This document shows, piece by piece, positions 1 to 13,828 of a DNA stretch of 64,000 bases (position 1 is its first letter; each line of letters begins with the position of its first letter). The stretch spans positions 209,675 to 273,674 of the forward strand of contig JAKPOP010000010.1 of NCBI GenBank assembly GCA_029547805.1. Reading direction: 5' to 3'. Position numbers and translations under genes: made by a program. The notes under the pieces were generated by a model. The model worked only from the letters and a program-made list of their open reading frames with translations, ran no database searches and was not told the DNA's origin. This stretch comes from Deltaproteobacteria bacterium. Its GTDB lineage: Bacteria > Myxococcota_A > UBA9042 > DTJE01.

Positions 1-412
1 CGATGTCCCGAGCATGGAGTTCCACGACGCCATCCATCACCTGGTCCAGCACCGGGATCGCCTCGTCGACGGGAAACGGGCCCCGCTCCCGGATCTCGGT
101 CTCCAGCGTGCGGCCGTGGACCAGTTCCATCGCGAAATACGGGATTCCCTCGGGGGTCGTCCCGGTCCGGAGGACCCGGGGAAAGCACGGACTGCGAACC
201 ATGGCCAGGTAGGCCGCCTCCCGCTTGAGCCCGGCCACGGCCGAGGCGACGTCCCCGTGGGCCGCATGGAGGACCTTCAGGGCGACCTTGCGCCGCCCCA
301 CCGACAACTGCTCCGCCAGATAGACCCGGGCGAACCCCCCGAAACCCAGCAGGCGGACGACCCGGAAGTCGTCTCCGAGAATCTGGCCCAGCAGGGGGTC
401 CTGGCCTTCCAT
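1..412 (-). CDS. Hanks-type Ser/Thr protein kinase, N-terminal 137 aa (5' partial, continues upstream of window)
   Basis: Minus-strand frame from the ATG (reverse complement of 410-412) reads MEGQDPLLGQILGDDFRVVRLLGFGGFARVYLAEQ..RKVALKVL..FAMELVHGRTLE. This has the Gly-rich loop and VAxK lysine of kinase subdomains I-II and a hinge-like subdomain V. The frame is open to the window edge and good GC3 codon bias is present. It is absent from the ORF track because there is no stop inside the window. Confidence 0.8.
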   Translation of the reverse strand, partial: MEGQDPLLGQILGDDFRVVRLLGFGGFARVYLAEQLSVGRRKVALKVLHAAHGDVASAVAGLKREAAYLAMVRSPCFPRVLRTGTTPEGIPYFAMELVHGRTLETEIRERGPFPVDEAIPVLDQVMDGVVELHARDI

Positions 413-476
413 GGAGGCATTGTAGCACCTCCCCGAATCTCCGGGCCCAAGGGGGATCTCGACCGGCCCGGGCGCG

Positions 477-505
477 TTGACGGGAGCCGATCCCTGGGAT
501 AAGGT
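477..505 (+). promoter_or_regulatory. Putative sigma-70-type promoter for purM (TTGACG-17nt-TAAGGT); implies a very short or leaderless transcript
   Basis: TTGACG at 477-482, a 17-nt spacer and TAAGGT at 500-505 sit in the divergent intergenic region between the kinase gene and purM. Confidence 0.25.
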
Positions 506-513
506 TGCGCCCC

Positions 514-1551
514 ATGGGAAACCTCACCTACAGGGATGCAGGGGTCAACAACGAGGCGCAGGATCACTTCGCCGACTCCATCGGGTCGATGGCCCGAACA
601 ACCATCGGACCCGAGGTGCTGGCGGGGATCGGCGGATTCGCCGCAGCGGTGGCGCCGGACCTCCGGGGCATGGAGCGCCCGGTGCTGGTCTCGGGAACCG
701 ACGGTGTCGGGACCAAACTGAAGATCGCCTTCGCCCTGGATCGGCACGACACCGTGGGCATCGACCTCGTGGCGATGTGCGTCAACGATGTGATCACCAC
801 CGGGGCCCGCCCCCTCTTCTTCCTGGACTACTTCGCCACGGGCCGCCTCCAGGAGGGTGTCGCCCTCCAGGTGATGTCCGGAATCGTGGAGGGATGCAAC
901 CAGGCCGAGTGCGCCCTCGTGGGGGGCGAGACGGCGGAACTGCCGGGCTTCTACGCCCCCGGGGAGTACGATCTTGCGGGCTTCTGCGTCGGGATCGTCG
1001 ACGCCCCCCGACAGGTGACGGGTCAGGCGTGCCGGGACGGGGATGTCCTGGTCGGCCTCCGGTCCTCGGGAGTGCACTCGAACGGGTTCAGCCTGGTGCG
1101 CCGGGTCGTGGAGCTCCGAGGGCTGTCCCTGGACCGCGTCCATGAAGGCTTCCCCCAGTCCCTGGGCGAGGTCCTGCTGACGCCCACCCGGATCTACTGG
1201 CGGGCCGTGAAGGCCCTGCTGTCCTCGGTGCCCGTCCACGCGATGGCCCACATCACCGGCGGCGGCCTGGAGGGCAATCTCCCCCGGGTGATCCCCGAGG
1301 GGCTCCATCCGGTGGTGCGACGGGAGGCGATCCCCGTGCTGCCGATCTTATCGTTCCTGCAGGGGGCCGGCGGGGAGCCGCGAATCTCCGACGAGGAGAT
1401 GTGGCGGGTCTTCAACATGGGCGTCGGGTATGTCATCGTGGTCCCTCCCGAGGACGCGGATCGGGCGATGACGCTGCTGCGGGGCGCGGGGGAGGAACCC
1501 TTCGTGCTGGGGCACCTGGCCCCCGGGTCCGGCGACCTGGAGTGGATGTGA
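514..1551 (+). CDS. purM: Phosphoribosylformylglycinamidine cyclo-ligase (AIR synthetase)
   Basis: Translation MGNLTYRDAGVNNEAQD..GTDGVGTKLKIAF..CVNDVITTGARPLFFLDYFATG is a classic PurM signature over the full length. ATG at 514 is preferred over the track's TTG at 505. Confidence 0.95.
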   Translation: MGNLTYRDAGVNNEAQDHFADSIGSMARTTIGPEVLAGIGGFAAAVAPDLRGMERPVLVSGTDGVGTKLKIAFALDRHDTVGIDLVAMCVNDVITTGARPLFFLDYFATGRLQEGVALQVMSGIVEGCNQAECALVGGETAELPGFYAPGEYDLAGFCVGIVDAPRQVTGQACRDGDVLVGLRSSGVHSNGFSLVRRVVELRGLSLDRVHEGFPQSLGEVLLTPTRIYWRAVKALLSSVPVHAMAHITGGGLEGNLPRVIPEGLHPVVRREAIPVLPILSFLQGAGGEPRISDEEMWRVFNMGVGYVIVVPPEDADRAMTLLRGAGEEPFVLGHLAPGSGDLEWM

Positions 1552-2171
1552 GCGCCTCCCGCAAGGAACCCCTGGCCATCCTGATCTCGGGCCGGGGGTC
1601 CAACATGGTGTCCCTCGTCGAGGCCGCCCGGCAGGGGCGTCTTTGCGCCGATATCCGCCTGGTCTTCTCGAACCGCCCCGATGCCCCGGGCCTCCAGGCG
1701 GCCCGGTCCCTGGGGATCGAGACGGCGGTCCTGTCCCACCGGGACTTTCCCGACCGGGAGTCCTTTGACCGGGCCCTCGCGGACCTGCTGGAGAGCCGGG
1801 GAGTGCGTTTCGTGGCCCTGGCGGGCTTCATGCGGGTGCTCACCCCGGCCTTCCTGGACCGCTTTCCGGGCCGGGTCGTGAACATCCACCCGGCCCTGCT
1901 CCCGGCCTTCCCGGGAGTCCATGCCCAGCGGCAGGCCCTCGAGTACGGGGTCTGGGTCACGGGCTGCACGGTCCACTTCGTGGACGCCGGGACCGACACC
2001 GGTCCCATCATCGCCCAGGCAGCGGTCCCGGTGGAGGACGGCGACGACGAGGAGACCCTGTCGGCGCGCATCCTGGCCGCGGAACACCAGATCTATCCGT
2101 CGGCCCTGGACGACGTCCTGGGGGGACGCCTTCGCATCCAGGGCCGCCGAGTCCTTCGGACAGGGGGCTGA
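1548..2171 (+). CDS. purN: Phosphoribosylglycinamide formyltransferase
   Basis: GTG start overlaps the purM stop (atGTGa). Translation KEPLAILISGRGSNM..VALAGFMRVL..VVNIHPALLPAFPG..VWVTGCTVHFVD is the PurN fold. The upstream part of track ORF 1401..2171 is an out-of-frame overlap with purM. Confidence 0.9.
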   Translation: MSASRKEPLAILISGRGSNMVSLVEAARQGRLCADIRLVFSNRPDAPGLQAARSLGIETAVLSHRDFPDRESFDRALADLLESRGVRFVALAGFMRVLTPAFLDRFPGRVVNIHPALLPAFPGVHAQRQALEYGVWVTGCTVHFVDAGTDTGPIIAQAAVPVEDGDDEETLSARILAAEHQIYPSALDDVLGGRLRIQGRRVLRTGG

Positions 2172-2173
2172 AG

Positions 2174-3670
2174 ATGCTCCGGTCGTCCTACGACGTGGTG
2201 ATCATCGGCACCGACCTCCCGGGCCTGGTCTTCGGAGCGCTGGCCGCGAAGAAGGGATACCGGGTGCTGGTCCTGGGCCACGGCGGCCAGGACAACATCT
2301 ACGATTTCCGAGGGTTCCAGTTCGTGCGGCGCCCTCACCTGCTGTTCGGGGTCCTGGACTCGAACCCCATCCGGGAGGTCTTCCGGGAACTGGCGCTGGC
2401 CCCCGAGATGCGCAACCTCCCTCGTCCGATGAATCCCATCTGCCACGTGGTCCTGCCAGATGCCCGGGTCGAACTGACCCACATGAAGGGGATCCTGGAG
2501 GAGGAGATCCAGCGGGAGTTCCCCGGGAAGGTGGCCGTCCTCCGGGACTTCCTGTCCCAGGCCGCCGAGGCCGAGAAGGACCTCGAGGCCTTCTTCCGGG
2601 ACCTGCCGCCGCTGCCCCCGGGGACGATCCGGGAGTGGTGGCACGGACGGGCCCATCGCAAGGTCCTGGAGGCCGTCCGCCGGCGATTCCGGGAACAGGT
2701 GGCCCCCCTGCTGGCCGAGGACCCCCGGCTCCGGTCCCTGGTGGCCGCCCCGCTGACCCTGATGTCGGGCCTGGACGACCCCCTGGAGGTCCCCCTGCCG
2801 GCCCTGCGCCTCGTGAACCACCTCTTCCGGGGATTCCACTTCGTCGAGTGGGGCCTGGATTCCTTGAAGGCCCTCTTCGTGGACCGGGTCAAGGCCAACT
2901 CCGGAGACGTCCGCCCCCAGGACTCGGTGGACATGATGCTGGTCCGCCGCGGGGAGATCCGGGAAGTGGAACTGCGGGGTCGCCAGGAGACCATCGGGGC
3001 GAACCTGGTGGTGCTGGCGGGGGACCAGGGCGCACTGCTGGACCTCATCCCCGAGGAGGGGCAGAAGAAGCGCTACCGGCAGAAGGTGGAGCGCCTCGCG
3101 CCATCCCACCACCTGGTGACCGTCAACGTGGGTGTCGACCGGGACGCCATTCCCGAAGGAATGGCCCAGACCGCCTTCGTGGTCGGAAACCCCCGAGAGC
3201 CCCTGGAGGGGCCGAACCTGCTGTGCGTCCAGGTGGACCCGGCCATGCAGCCCCTCGACATGGTCCAGCGGGACCAGGCCACCATTGCCATCTCGGGACG
3301 CCTCCCGGCCGGGTCCTTCGACGGCAAGCCATCGTCCCTGGCGGGCTTCGGGCGGGACCTGTTGCAGCGGGTGCAGACCCTGATGCCCTTCCTCGAGGAA
3401 CACACCCAGGTCTCGGCCATCTCCTCGGTGGGCATCCACCCCCGGAGCGGCGATACGGTGGTCGAACCCGCCGGGTTGGTCCCCTTCTGGTCCGAGACCC
3501 ACAAGCGGAGCCTGGGACTGGCCACCTGGCCCCTCCGGACCGCCTATCGGAACGTGCTCTTCCTGGGCGAGGGCGCCGCAGGACCCCTGGGGTTCGAGGG
3601 GGCCTTCATCGCAGGGCTGCAGGCGTTCCAGCTGCTCAAGGAGAAGCTGCCCCTCAAGAGCGGGGTCTGA
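2174..3670 (+). CDS. FAD/NAD(P)-binding oxidoreductase (phytoene desaturase/amine oxidase superfamily)
   Basis: N-terminal Rossmann dinucleotide motif DVVIIGTDLPGLVFGALAAKKGYRVLVLG. The 498-aa length fits CrtI-like flavoenzymes. Confidence 0.7.
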   Translation: MLRSSYDVVIIGTDLPGLVFGALAAKKGYRVLVLGHGGQDNIYDFRGFQFVRRPHLLFGVLDSNPIREVFRELALAPEMRNLPRPMNPICHVVLPDARVELTHMKGILEEEIQREFPGKVAVLRDFLSQAAEAEKDLEAFFRDLPPLPPGTIREWWHGRAHRKVLEAVRRRFREQVAPLLAEDPRLRSLVAAPLTLMSGLDDPLEVPLPALRLVNHLFRGFHFVEWGLDSLKALFVDRVKANSGDVRPQDSVDMMLVRRGEIREVELRGRQETIGANLVVLAGDQGALLDLIPEEGQKKRYRQKVERLAPSHHLVTVNVGVDRDAIPEGMAQTAFVVGNPREPLEGPNLLCVQVDPAMQPLDMVQRDQATIAISGRLPAGSFDGKPSSLAGFGRDLLQRVQTLMPFLEEHTQVSAISSVGIHPRSGDTVVEPAGLVPFWSETHKRSLGLATWPLRTAYRNVLFLGEGAAGPLGFEGAFIAGLQAFQLLKEKLPLKSGV

Positions 3671-3672
3671 CG

Positions 3673-5076
3673 ATGGCCGCCGGGGCGTTTCGACGGATGC
3701 TGCTGATCTGTCTGGCGGCCGGGATCACCGCGATCCCCGAGGCCCGGGCCGACGCCCCCACCCCCAGGCCCATGACCCTGGAGGAGGCCCTGGACCTGGC
3801 CCTGCGGCAATCGGACCTGATCCAGGCCGCCCGGTCGGGCACGGAGGCCCTGGAGGCCCAACTGGACCAGGCCGCGTCACTGGCCTGGCCTCATCTCCGC
3901 CTGGAGGCCCTGCTGGCCCCGACCCCGGGCCAGCGGGGAAACGCCCTGAAGGGCCACACGGACTACGACGACTGGGGCGTCTTCCTCCGGGGGGAACTGA
4001 GCGGCTACGTGCCCCTCTTCGGTTTCGGCAAGATCCGCTACCTGAAGCGGGCCGCCCGACTGGGCGTCGAGGTGGGACGCCATCGAGAGGCCATCGCCCG
4101 GGCCGAGGTCCGCTATCGGGTGATCCGGGCCTGGCATGCCCTGGGCATGGCCCGGGAACTCCAGGAGGTCCTCCGCGAGGGGCGTGGGTACTTCGACCAG
4201 GCCCGCCGGCACGTCGAGGCCCTCAAACGGGAGGACGACCCCTCCTTCGACCCGGTGGACGAGATGAAGATCCGGGTCTACGACGTCCAGGTCCGGTCCC
4301 GGGAACTGGAGGCGGCCCGGGGACTGGCCCTCGCCGAGGCGACACTGCGGGAGGTGCTGGGCATGGCCCCGGGGGACCCGGCCGCCGTGGACCCGGGCCC
4401 TCCGACGCTCGACATCCCGGTCCGGAAGGTCACGCTGGAGGAGGCCCTGGCCTACGCGCTGGAGAACCGCCCGGAGATGGCCGCCCTCCGGACCGGCATC
4501 CAGGCCCGGAAGGCCGAGGCCGAGGCCCGGAAGCGCAACCTGTTCCCGGACTTCGTACTGGTCGGGCGCCTCAACGGGGCCTACACCAGCGTGGCCGACA
4601 ACCAGCCCACCCCCTTTGCCGACGACCCGTGGAACGGTTGGGGGGCCGGGGCAGGCCTGGGGCTGCGATGGGACATCGAGATCGGCCGGCGCCTCGGGGA
4701 GTGGCGCGAGGCGCAGGCCGGGACACGGCGCCTGGAGTTCGAGAGCCGGGAGGCGGAGCGGGGAATCCGCCTGGAGGTCGAGCGCTGCTTCCGGGAGATG
4801 GAGGACGCCCGGGAGATGGCCGAGGCGCAACAGGTGGCCCTGAAGGCCGCCCGGGGGTGGGTCGTCTCGAAACTGGACCTCTACGAGAACGGCCTGGCGA
4901 CCCTCCGGGACGTCATGGAGGGACTCGTGCAGTTCTTCCAGACCCGCCTGGACCTGGTGAAGGCCACCTACGAGTGGAGCGTCTCGGTGGCGGCCCTGGA
5001 GCGGGCCTCGGGCCTGCGGCTGTTTCCGATCGGCGGCGAACCGGTCGTCCCGGCGGAGGCCCCGTCGGCGCAATAA
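3673..5076 (+). CDS. TolC-family outer-membrane efflux protein
   Basis: ATG at 3673 gives a signal peptide (MAAGAFRRMLLICLAAGITAIPEARA) followed by two coiled-coil/beta-barrel repeat halves typical of OEP/TolC. Everything upstream in the 1051-aa track ORF is out-of-frame overlap with the previous gene. Confidence 0.75.
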   Translation: MAAGAFRRMLLICLAAGITAIPEARADAPTPRPMTLEEALDLALRQSDLIQAARSGTEALEAQLDQAASLAWPHLRLEALLAPTPGQRGNALKGHTDYDDWGVFLRGELSGYVPLFGFGKIRYLKRAARLGVEVGRHREAIARAEVRYRVIRAWHALGMARELQEVLREGRGYFDQARRHVEALKREDDPSFDPVDEMKIRVYDVQVRSRELEAARGLALAEATLREVLGMAPGDPAAVDPGPPTLDIPVRKVTLEEALAYALENRPEMAALRTGIQARKAEAEARKRNLFPDFVLVGRLNGAYTSVADNQPTPFADDPWNGWGAGAGLGLRWDIEIGRRLGEWREAQAGTRRLEFESREAERGIRLEVERCFREMEDAREMAEAQQVALKAARGWVVSKLDLYENGLATLRDVMEGLVQFFQTRLDLVKATYEWSVSVAALERASGLRLFPIGGEPVVPAEAPSAQ

Positions 5077-5128
5077 TCCGGCCGGGCCGCCGTCCAATGC
5101 CGCGGCCTGTGAATCCGGGAGGTACCCG

Positions 5129-5707
5129 ATGCATCGACCGTGGATGGGAGCCGTGATGGTGTTGCTGGTGGCGGCGCCGGTGCGCGCCGAGACGGCACGG
5201 GAGTTCGTGGAGGCCCGCTACCGCGACCTCCAGGCCCTGGTGGAACGGATTCCTCAGAAGGAACCTCTCCAGGCCGAGATCCGAAAGGTGATGGACACCT
5301 TCGTGGACTACGAGGAACTCTCCCGGCGCACCCTGGGAAGCCACTGGGACACTCTGAAGCCCAGGGAGCGGAAGGACTTCCAGCAGGAATTCCGGAAGAT
5401 GGTCCAGCGGTCCTACGTGAAGCGCTTCGACCCGGGAAAGGCCTTCACGATCGAGTATGGCGAGATGGTCCCCGCGGAGGACGGGTCCGTCGTGGTGACC
5501 TCGACGATCCGGGCGGGGCGGTCCGAGGCCCGGGTGGACTACGCGCTGCAGCGCAAGAAGGGCACCTGGTGGGCCTTCGACGTGGTGATCGACGAGGTCA
5601 GCATGGTGCGCAACTACCGCAAGCAGTTCCACGACATCCTCCAGAAGGAGGGCTTCGGGGGACTGATGGATCGCCTCCGAAAGAAGAACGCCCAGGCCCA
5701 GGAATAG
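5129..5707 (+). CDS. mlaC: MlaC/Ttg2D-family periplasmic phospholipid-binding protein
   Basis: Signal peptide followed by Ttg2D/MlaC-like sequence (REFVEARYRDLQALV..SHWDTLKPRERKDFQQEFRKMV..TWWAFDVVIDEVSMVRNYR). Confidence 0.75.
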   Translation: MHRPWMGAVMVLLVAAPVRAETAREFVEARYRDLQALVERIPQKEPLQAEIRKVMDTFVDYEELSRRTLGSHWDTLKPRERKDFQQEFRKMVQRSYVKRFDPGKAFTIEYGEMVPAEDGSVVVTSTIRAGRSEARVDYALQRKKGTWWAFDVVIDEVSMVRNYRKQFHDILQKEGFGGLMDRLRKKNAQAQE

Positions 5708-5818
5708 CCTCGATCCGGCCGGTGGGCCCCCATTTCCCCGGGTTCGGGCCCTCCTCCCGGTTCCCAATTCGTCGGTTCGCTGCTATGGAAGGCCGTCGCT
5801 GGCCCGGGAGGTGCCGCC

Positions 5819-10013
<4,195 letters not shown>

Positions 10014-10059
10014 TCCAGTCCCGGATCGTCCCCGTCCCTGGTCCCTGGACCGCCGGACC

Positions 10060-10455
10060 TCAGACCCGTTCCAGCACCCGCTGCAGCCGTTCCTCCACCT
10101 CCCGGGCCATCGGGGCCAGGGCCTCCTTTCCCACCGGCTGGAACATCGCCGAGGGCCGGGCGATGCTGACCACGCTCCCCTCGGGAGTCGCCGCCACGAC
10201 GACATTGCACGGCAGCACGAGGCCCAGGAAGAACTCCCGGGAGAGGGCCTCGTGAGCCAGAGGCGGATTGCAGGCCCCCAGGATCACGTAGGGGGACATC
10301 TCGACCCCGAGGCGGGCCTTGAGGGTCTCGTGAACGTCGATGCGGGTCAGGACCCCGAATCCCTCGGTCTTCAGGGCCTCCTGGACCCGGCCGAGGGCCT
10401 CCTGCCAGGTCACCTCGCGCAGTTCCTTCGTCAGTCCGTAGGCGGGATGATCCAT
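10060..10455 (-). CDS. DUF302 domain protein
   Basis: MDHPAYGLTKELREVTWQEALGRVQEALKTEGFGVLTRIDVHETL..ILGACNPPLAHEAL..LPCNVVV matches the DUF302 pattern. The internal ATG at 10455 has the RBS GGAGAGAGG 3 nt upstream. Confidence 0.75.
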   Translation of the reverse strand: MDHPAYGLTKELREVTWQEALGRVQEALKTEGFGVLTRIDVHETLKARLGVEMSPYVILGACNPPLAHEALSREFFLGLVLPCNVVVAATPEGSVVSIARPSAMFQPVGKEALAPMAREVEERLQRVLERV

Positions 10456-10582
10456 GTCCTCTCTCCAGAAATCGGGCCGACAGAAACTGGGCAGCGGGTC
10501 CCGCCCTGTCAACCGCTCGGGACCGGACCACGAAGGGCCCCGGTCTTCGGGGCGGGTCCCGGTCCCGGCGACCCGGCGAAGG

Positions 10583-11839
10583 TCACGCTCCGGGGCATCC
10601 CTCGGGGCGATCGCCCAGAATGGCCTGGAGGTCCCTCTCGGTGAAGCCCATCAGGTAGAGCACGCCGTCCAGCGAGGAGGTGTTCAAGGACAGGTCCGCG
10701 GCCTGCTGCAGCACGGGCCTGGCCCGGAAGGCGATCCCCAGCCCCGCCAGGCGGAGCATGCCCATGTCGTTGGCGCCGTCCCCCACGGCCACGCACTGTT
10801 CCAGGGAGCAGCCATAGACCTGGGCCATGTCGGCGACCACCTGGGCCTTCCGGTCCGCATCGACGATCAGGCCCTTCACCTGGCCCGTCAGGACCCCGTC
10901 CTCCACCTCCAGCGTATTGGCGAAGGCGAAATCCAGGCCGAAGCGGCGCTTCAGTTCCTCGACGAAGAAGGTGAAGCCCCCGCTGACCAGGCCGATCCGG
11001 AGCCCCAGGGCCTTCAGCACCGCCACCAACCGGTCCGCCCCGGGCGTCAGCGGCACGTCATCCAGCAGGCGACGGGCCTGTTCGAAGGGGAGCCCCTTGA
11101 GCAGGGCCACCCGCTGCCGGAGGGCGGCCCGGAAGTCCATTTCCCCCCGCATGGCGGCCTCGGTGACCCTGGCCACCTGGTCCCCGACGCCGGCCATCCG
11201 GGCCAGTTCGTCGATGACCTCCATCTGGATGAAGGTGCTGTCCACGTCCAGGCAGATCAGGCGCTTGTTCCGCCGGAAGGGCCCGTCCCGCTGGACCGCC
11301 ATGTCGGCCCCCAGGGCGTTCGCCTTGGCCAGGATCTCCCCCCGGAGCGCCCGCATCTCGGCGGCGGTCCACCGGGTCCCCTGAGGCAGGTCCACCAGCA
11401 GTTCGACCCCGGCCAGCCGGTCCCGGGAGAGGGTCCGGATCTCCCGGATGTTGAACCCTCGGTCCGCCAGAAACCCCGTCGCCTCCGCCAGGGCCCGGCC
11501 GTCACCCAGGTCCCCGAGCATGGTCACGCAGAGGGCACAGGCCGCCGGGTCCGGGACCGCCCCGTCTCGGGGTCCATGGACCGAGACCTCCAGGCGCAAG
11601 CCCATCTCGTGGACCTGCACCAGCGCCCTCCGGAGGCAGTCGGACCCCTTCGGGACCGACAGGACCACCGTCAGGCTCAGGTGACCGTGGAGCACCGTCT
11701 GGCCCAGGTCCACCACCCGGGCCCCCTCGTCCCGGAACAGGGCCGCCAGGGTCGAGGTGATCCCCGGGCGGTCCGGTCCCATCACGTGCAAGGCCAGCAG
11801 GTCTTCCATGTCCTCCCTCGCCAGGACCGGGGACAGCAT
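10583..11839 (-). CDS. serB: Phosphoserine phosphatase with N-terminal ACT domains
   Basis: Tandem ACT-like regions precede the HAD motifs: LICLDVDSTFIQMEVIDELA (DxDxT), GLRIGLVSGGF and VAVGDGANDMGML. Confidence 0.9.
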   Translation of the reverse strand: MLSPVLAREDMEDLLALHVMGPDRPGITSTLAALFRDEGARVVDLGQTVLHGHLSLTVVLSVPKGSDCLRRALVQVHEMGLRLEVSVHGPRDGAVPDPAACALCVTMLGDLGDGRALAEATGFLADRGFNIREIRTLSRDRLAGVELLVDLPQGTRWTAAEMRALRGEILAKANALGADMAVQRDGPFRRNKRLICLDVDSTFIQMEVIDELARMAGVGDQVARVTEAAMRGEMDFRAALRQRVALLKGLPFEQARRLLDDVPLTPGADRLVAVLKALGLRIGLVSGGFTFFVEELKRRFGLDFAFANTLEVEDGVLTGQVKGLIVDADRKAQVVADMAQVYGCSLEQCVAVGDGANDMGMLRLAGLGIAFRARPVLQQAADLSLNTSSLDGVLYLMGFTERDLQAILGDRPEGCPGA

Positions 11840-11969
11840 AGCCGAAACGACGACCAGTCGGGGCCCCGGCCTCCCTGAAGTCCCCGATTCGTCTCGCTGA
11901 AGGTCCTGGAACGCCGACGCCGGCCCCGGGGGCGGACCCGGATCGCCATGGGGTCCGTCCGCCTCGACC

Positions 11970-13637
11970 TCAATAGATCTGGATCAACTCGGTCCCGGGG
12001 TAGTAGGCCTTCAGGATCGTCGCCGCATCCTGCCCGGCCTGGGCCCTGCCGATGGCCCCGACCTGGCACATCCCCACGCCATGGCCGAACCCGCCACCGG
12101 TGAACCGGAAGCCCTCCTGCCCCCCTTCCCGGGCCCGCTCGAAGACGACGAGCGACGACCGGAGGCCCCCAAGGGCCTTCCGGATCCGCAGTTCGGGCGA
12201 CAGCACCCGGGTCCCGGCGGACCCGATCACCTCCAGGCGCGTCACGCGGCCCGAGGCCCCTCGATCCAGCACCCGCAGGTCCCGGACCTCCCCGGGGTCC
12301 TGGCCGGTCTCCCGGGTCACCCCCTGGCGGATCTCCGCGACACTCACGAACCGGTTCCAGCGAAAGGACTCGCGGCCATAACGGGTGGCCCCGCAGTAGG
12401 TCCCGACCGGCGGGTTGGCCAGGAACCGGGCCACCTCTTCCTCGGTGGGCCTCTCCCCCTGGTAGAACCGGGTGCCCCCCGGATGATCCGGCACCCCGAC
12501 GAGGTAGTCGTGGCCCGACCCCTGCCAGACCGCCTCCCCCGACTCGCTGTGGCCTCCGCAGGAGGCGCCATAGACGCTGTCCGCGAGCCCGTCCCCGTGG
12601 AACAGCATGCGGCCGCGGGTGGCGTCCACGGCCCGACTCGTCCGGGGGTCCTCCCGCCCGACCCCCTTGTAGACCTGGCAGTGGACGTCGGCGCAGACCA
12701 TGAAGGGGTCCGCAGTGTGACGATTGCCCAGTTTGGCAAAGAGTTCCCCCCGGGCCACGATGGCCTGGGCCTCCAGGGCCGCCGCCGGCGCATCGACGTA
12801 GATCTCCGAGGGCACGAGCCCCTTCAGCAGCGTCTCCGCATCGACGGCATTGACCACCGCCAGCCGGCCCTCCCGGTCCGGTGTCAGGACCAGGCGTCCC
12901 CGGTAGGATCGGTCCTCCCGTCCGTGCCAGGCGAAGCCCTTGCCATACTCCACTGACCGGAGGGTCAGCGGCCGGCCTTCCGGGCTCCCGACCATCACCA
13001 TGCCCGGGAAGGACATCCGGGCGCTCTGGCCCACGCACTGGACCTCGATGACGCCGGTCGGCCGGTCCACCACCTCCTCGAAGACCTCCAGCGTGGCAAT
13101 GCCGCTCCGGGCCGCCAGGGCATCCCGGCGCTCCATCGCCCCGGCCATCGTCTCTCGGGGGTCGTCCTCGACCAGCGTCACGGTCCGGTTGTCCAGCACC
13201 CGGCCGTAGAATCCGAAGATGCTGCCTCGCTGGAAGGCCCGGACCTTCAGGCCCTGTCCCTCCCAGGCCGCCCGTTCCCGCCGGATGCCGGCCAGGTCCC
13301 TGGCCGGCAGGCGATTCAGGGCGACCCAGTACCGGATCCGAGCCCCATGTCCCTGCTCGATCCGGGCCTTGCACGATGTCCGGCCGATTCCCAGGCGGAT
13401 CGACGGTCCCCCGTAACCCTCGGGCCAGAACTCCAGCGGCCCCTCCGAGTCAAAGGAGACCTCCCGCTCCCCTTCCACGAGGCCCACCGTGACAATGGGC
13501 ACCTGGTCCTCGGTGAACAGGAACTTGGTCTGGTAGAGGAGCGCAGTCCGGTCCCGCCGGGAGAAGTCCTCCCCCTCCTCCTGGGCCCACCCCGGAACGC
13601 TCGCCAGCAGCCACAGGATCCCGATGGCCCGTCTCAT
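11970..13637 (-). CDS. SpoIID/LytB domain protein (lytic transglycosylase / amidase enhancer family), secreted
   Basis: Signal peptide MRRAIGILWLLASVPGWAQ. C-terminal SpoIID signature FTGGGFGHGVGMCQVGA and YCGATRYG. Confidence 0.85.
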   Translation of the reverse strand: MRRAIGILWLLASVPGWAQEEGEDFSRRDRTALLYQTKFLFTEDQVPIVTVGLVEGEREVSFDSEGPLEFWPEGYGGPSIRLGIGRTSCKARIEQGHGARIRYWVALNRLPARDLAGIRRERAAWEGQGLKVRAFQRGSIFGFYGRVLDNRTVTLVEDDPRETMAGAMERRDALAARSGIATLEVFEEVVDRPTGVIEVQCVGQSARMSFPGMVMVGSPEGRPLTLRSVEYGKGFAWHGREDRSYRGRLVLTPDREGRLAVVNAVDAETLLKGLVPSEIYVDAPAAALEAQAIVARGELFAKLGNRHTADPFMVCADVHCQVYKGVGREDPRTSRAVDATRGRMLFHGDGLADSVYGASCGGHSESGEAVWQGSGHDYLVGVPDHPGGTRFYQGERPTEEEVARFLANPPVGTYCGATRYGRESFRWNRFVSVAEIRQGVTRETGQDPGEVRDLRVLDRGASGRVTRLEVIGSAGTRVLSPELRIRKALGGLRSSLVVFERAREGGQEGFRFTGGGFGHGVGMCQVGAIGRAQAGQDAATILKAYYPGTELIQIY

Positions 13638-13770
13638 GGGATGGGATTGTGTCCCGGCCGGGGCGTCGGGTCAACGCCGGCCGTCACCCGCCGAAGTCGG
13701 CCTGCACGACGACCTCCTTGTCCTCGGGTACCCAGCAAGAGGAGGTCGTCGGCAGGGGAAACGGGGGGGC

Positions 13771-13801
13771 CAGAAACGCAAAGGGCGCCCGAAGGCGCCC
13801 C
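13771..13801 (-). terminator. Rho-independent terminator downstream of pilA
   Basis: Perfect GC stem GGGCGCC-cgaa-GGCGCCC at 13783-13800. On the minus strand it is followed by TTTGCGTTTCTG. Confidence 0.55.
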
Positions 13802-13828
13802 CTGCGTGCCGGTGGAAGGAGATAGGGA

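Noticed and set aside
1921-5076. 1051-aa ORF spanning the oxidoreductase and TolC genes
   Set aside because: Its first 580 aa are Pro/Gly/Arg-rich, low-complexity, out-of-frame translation of the FAD-oxidoreductase gene. Only the part from the ATG at 3673 (TolC-like, with signal peptide) is credible.
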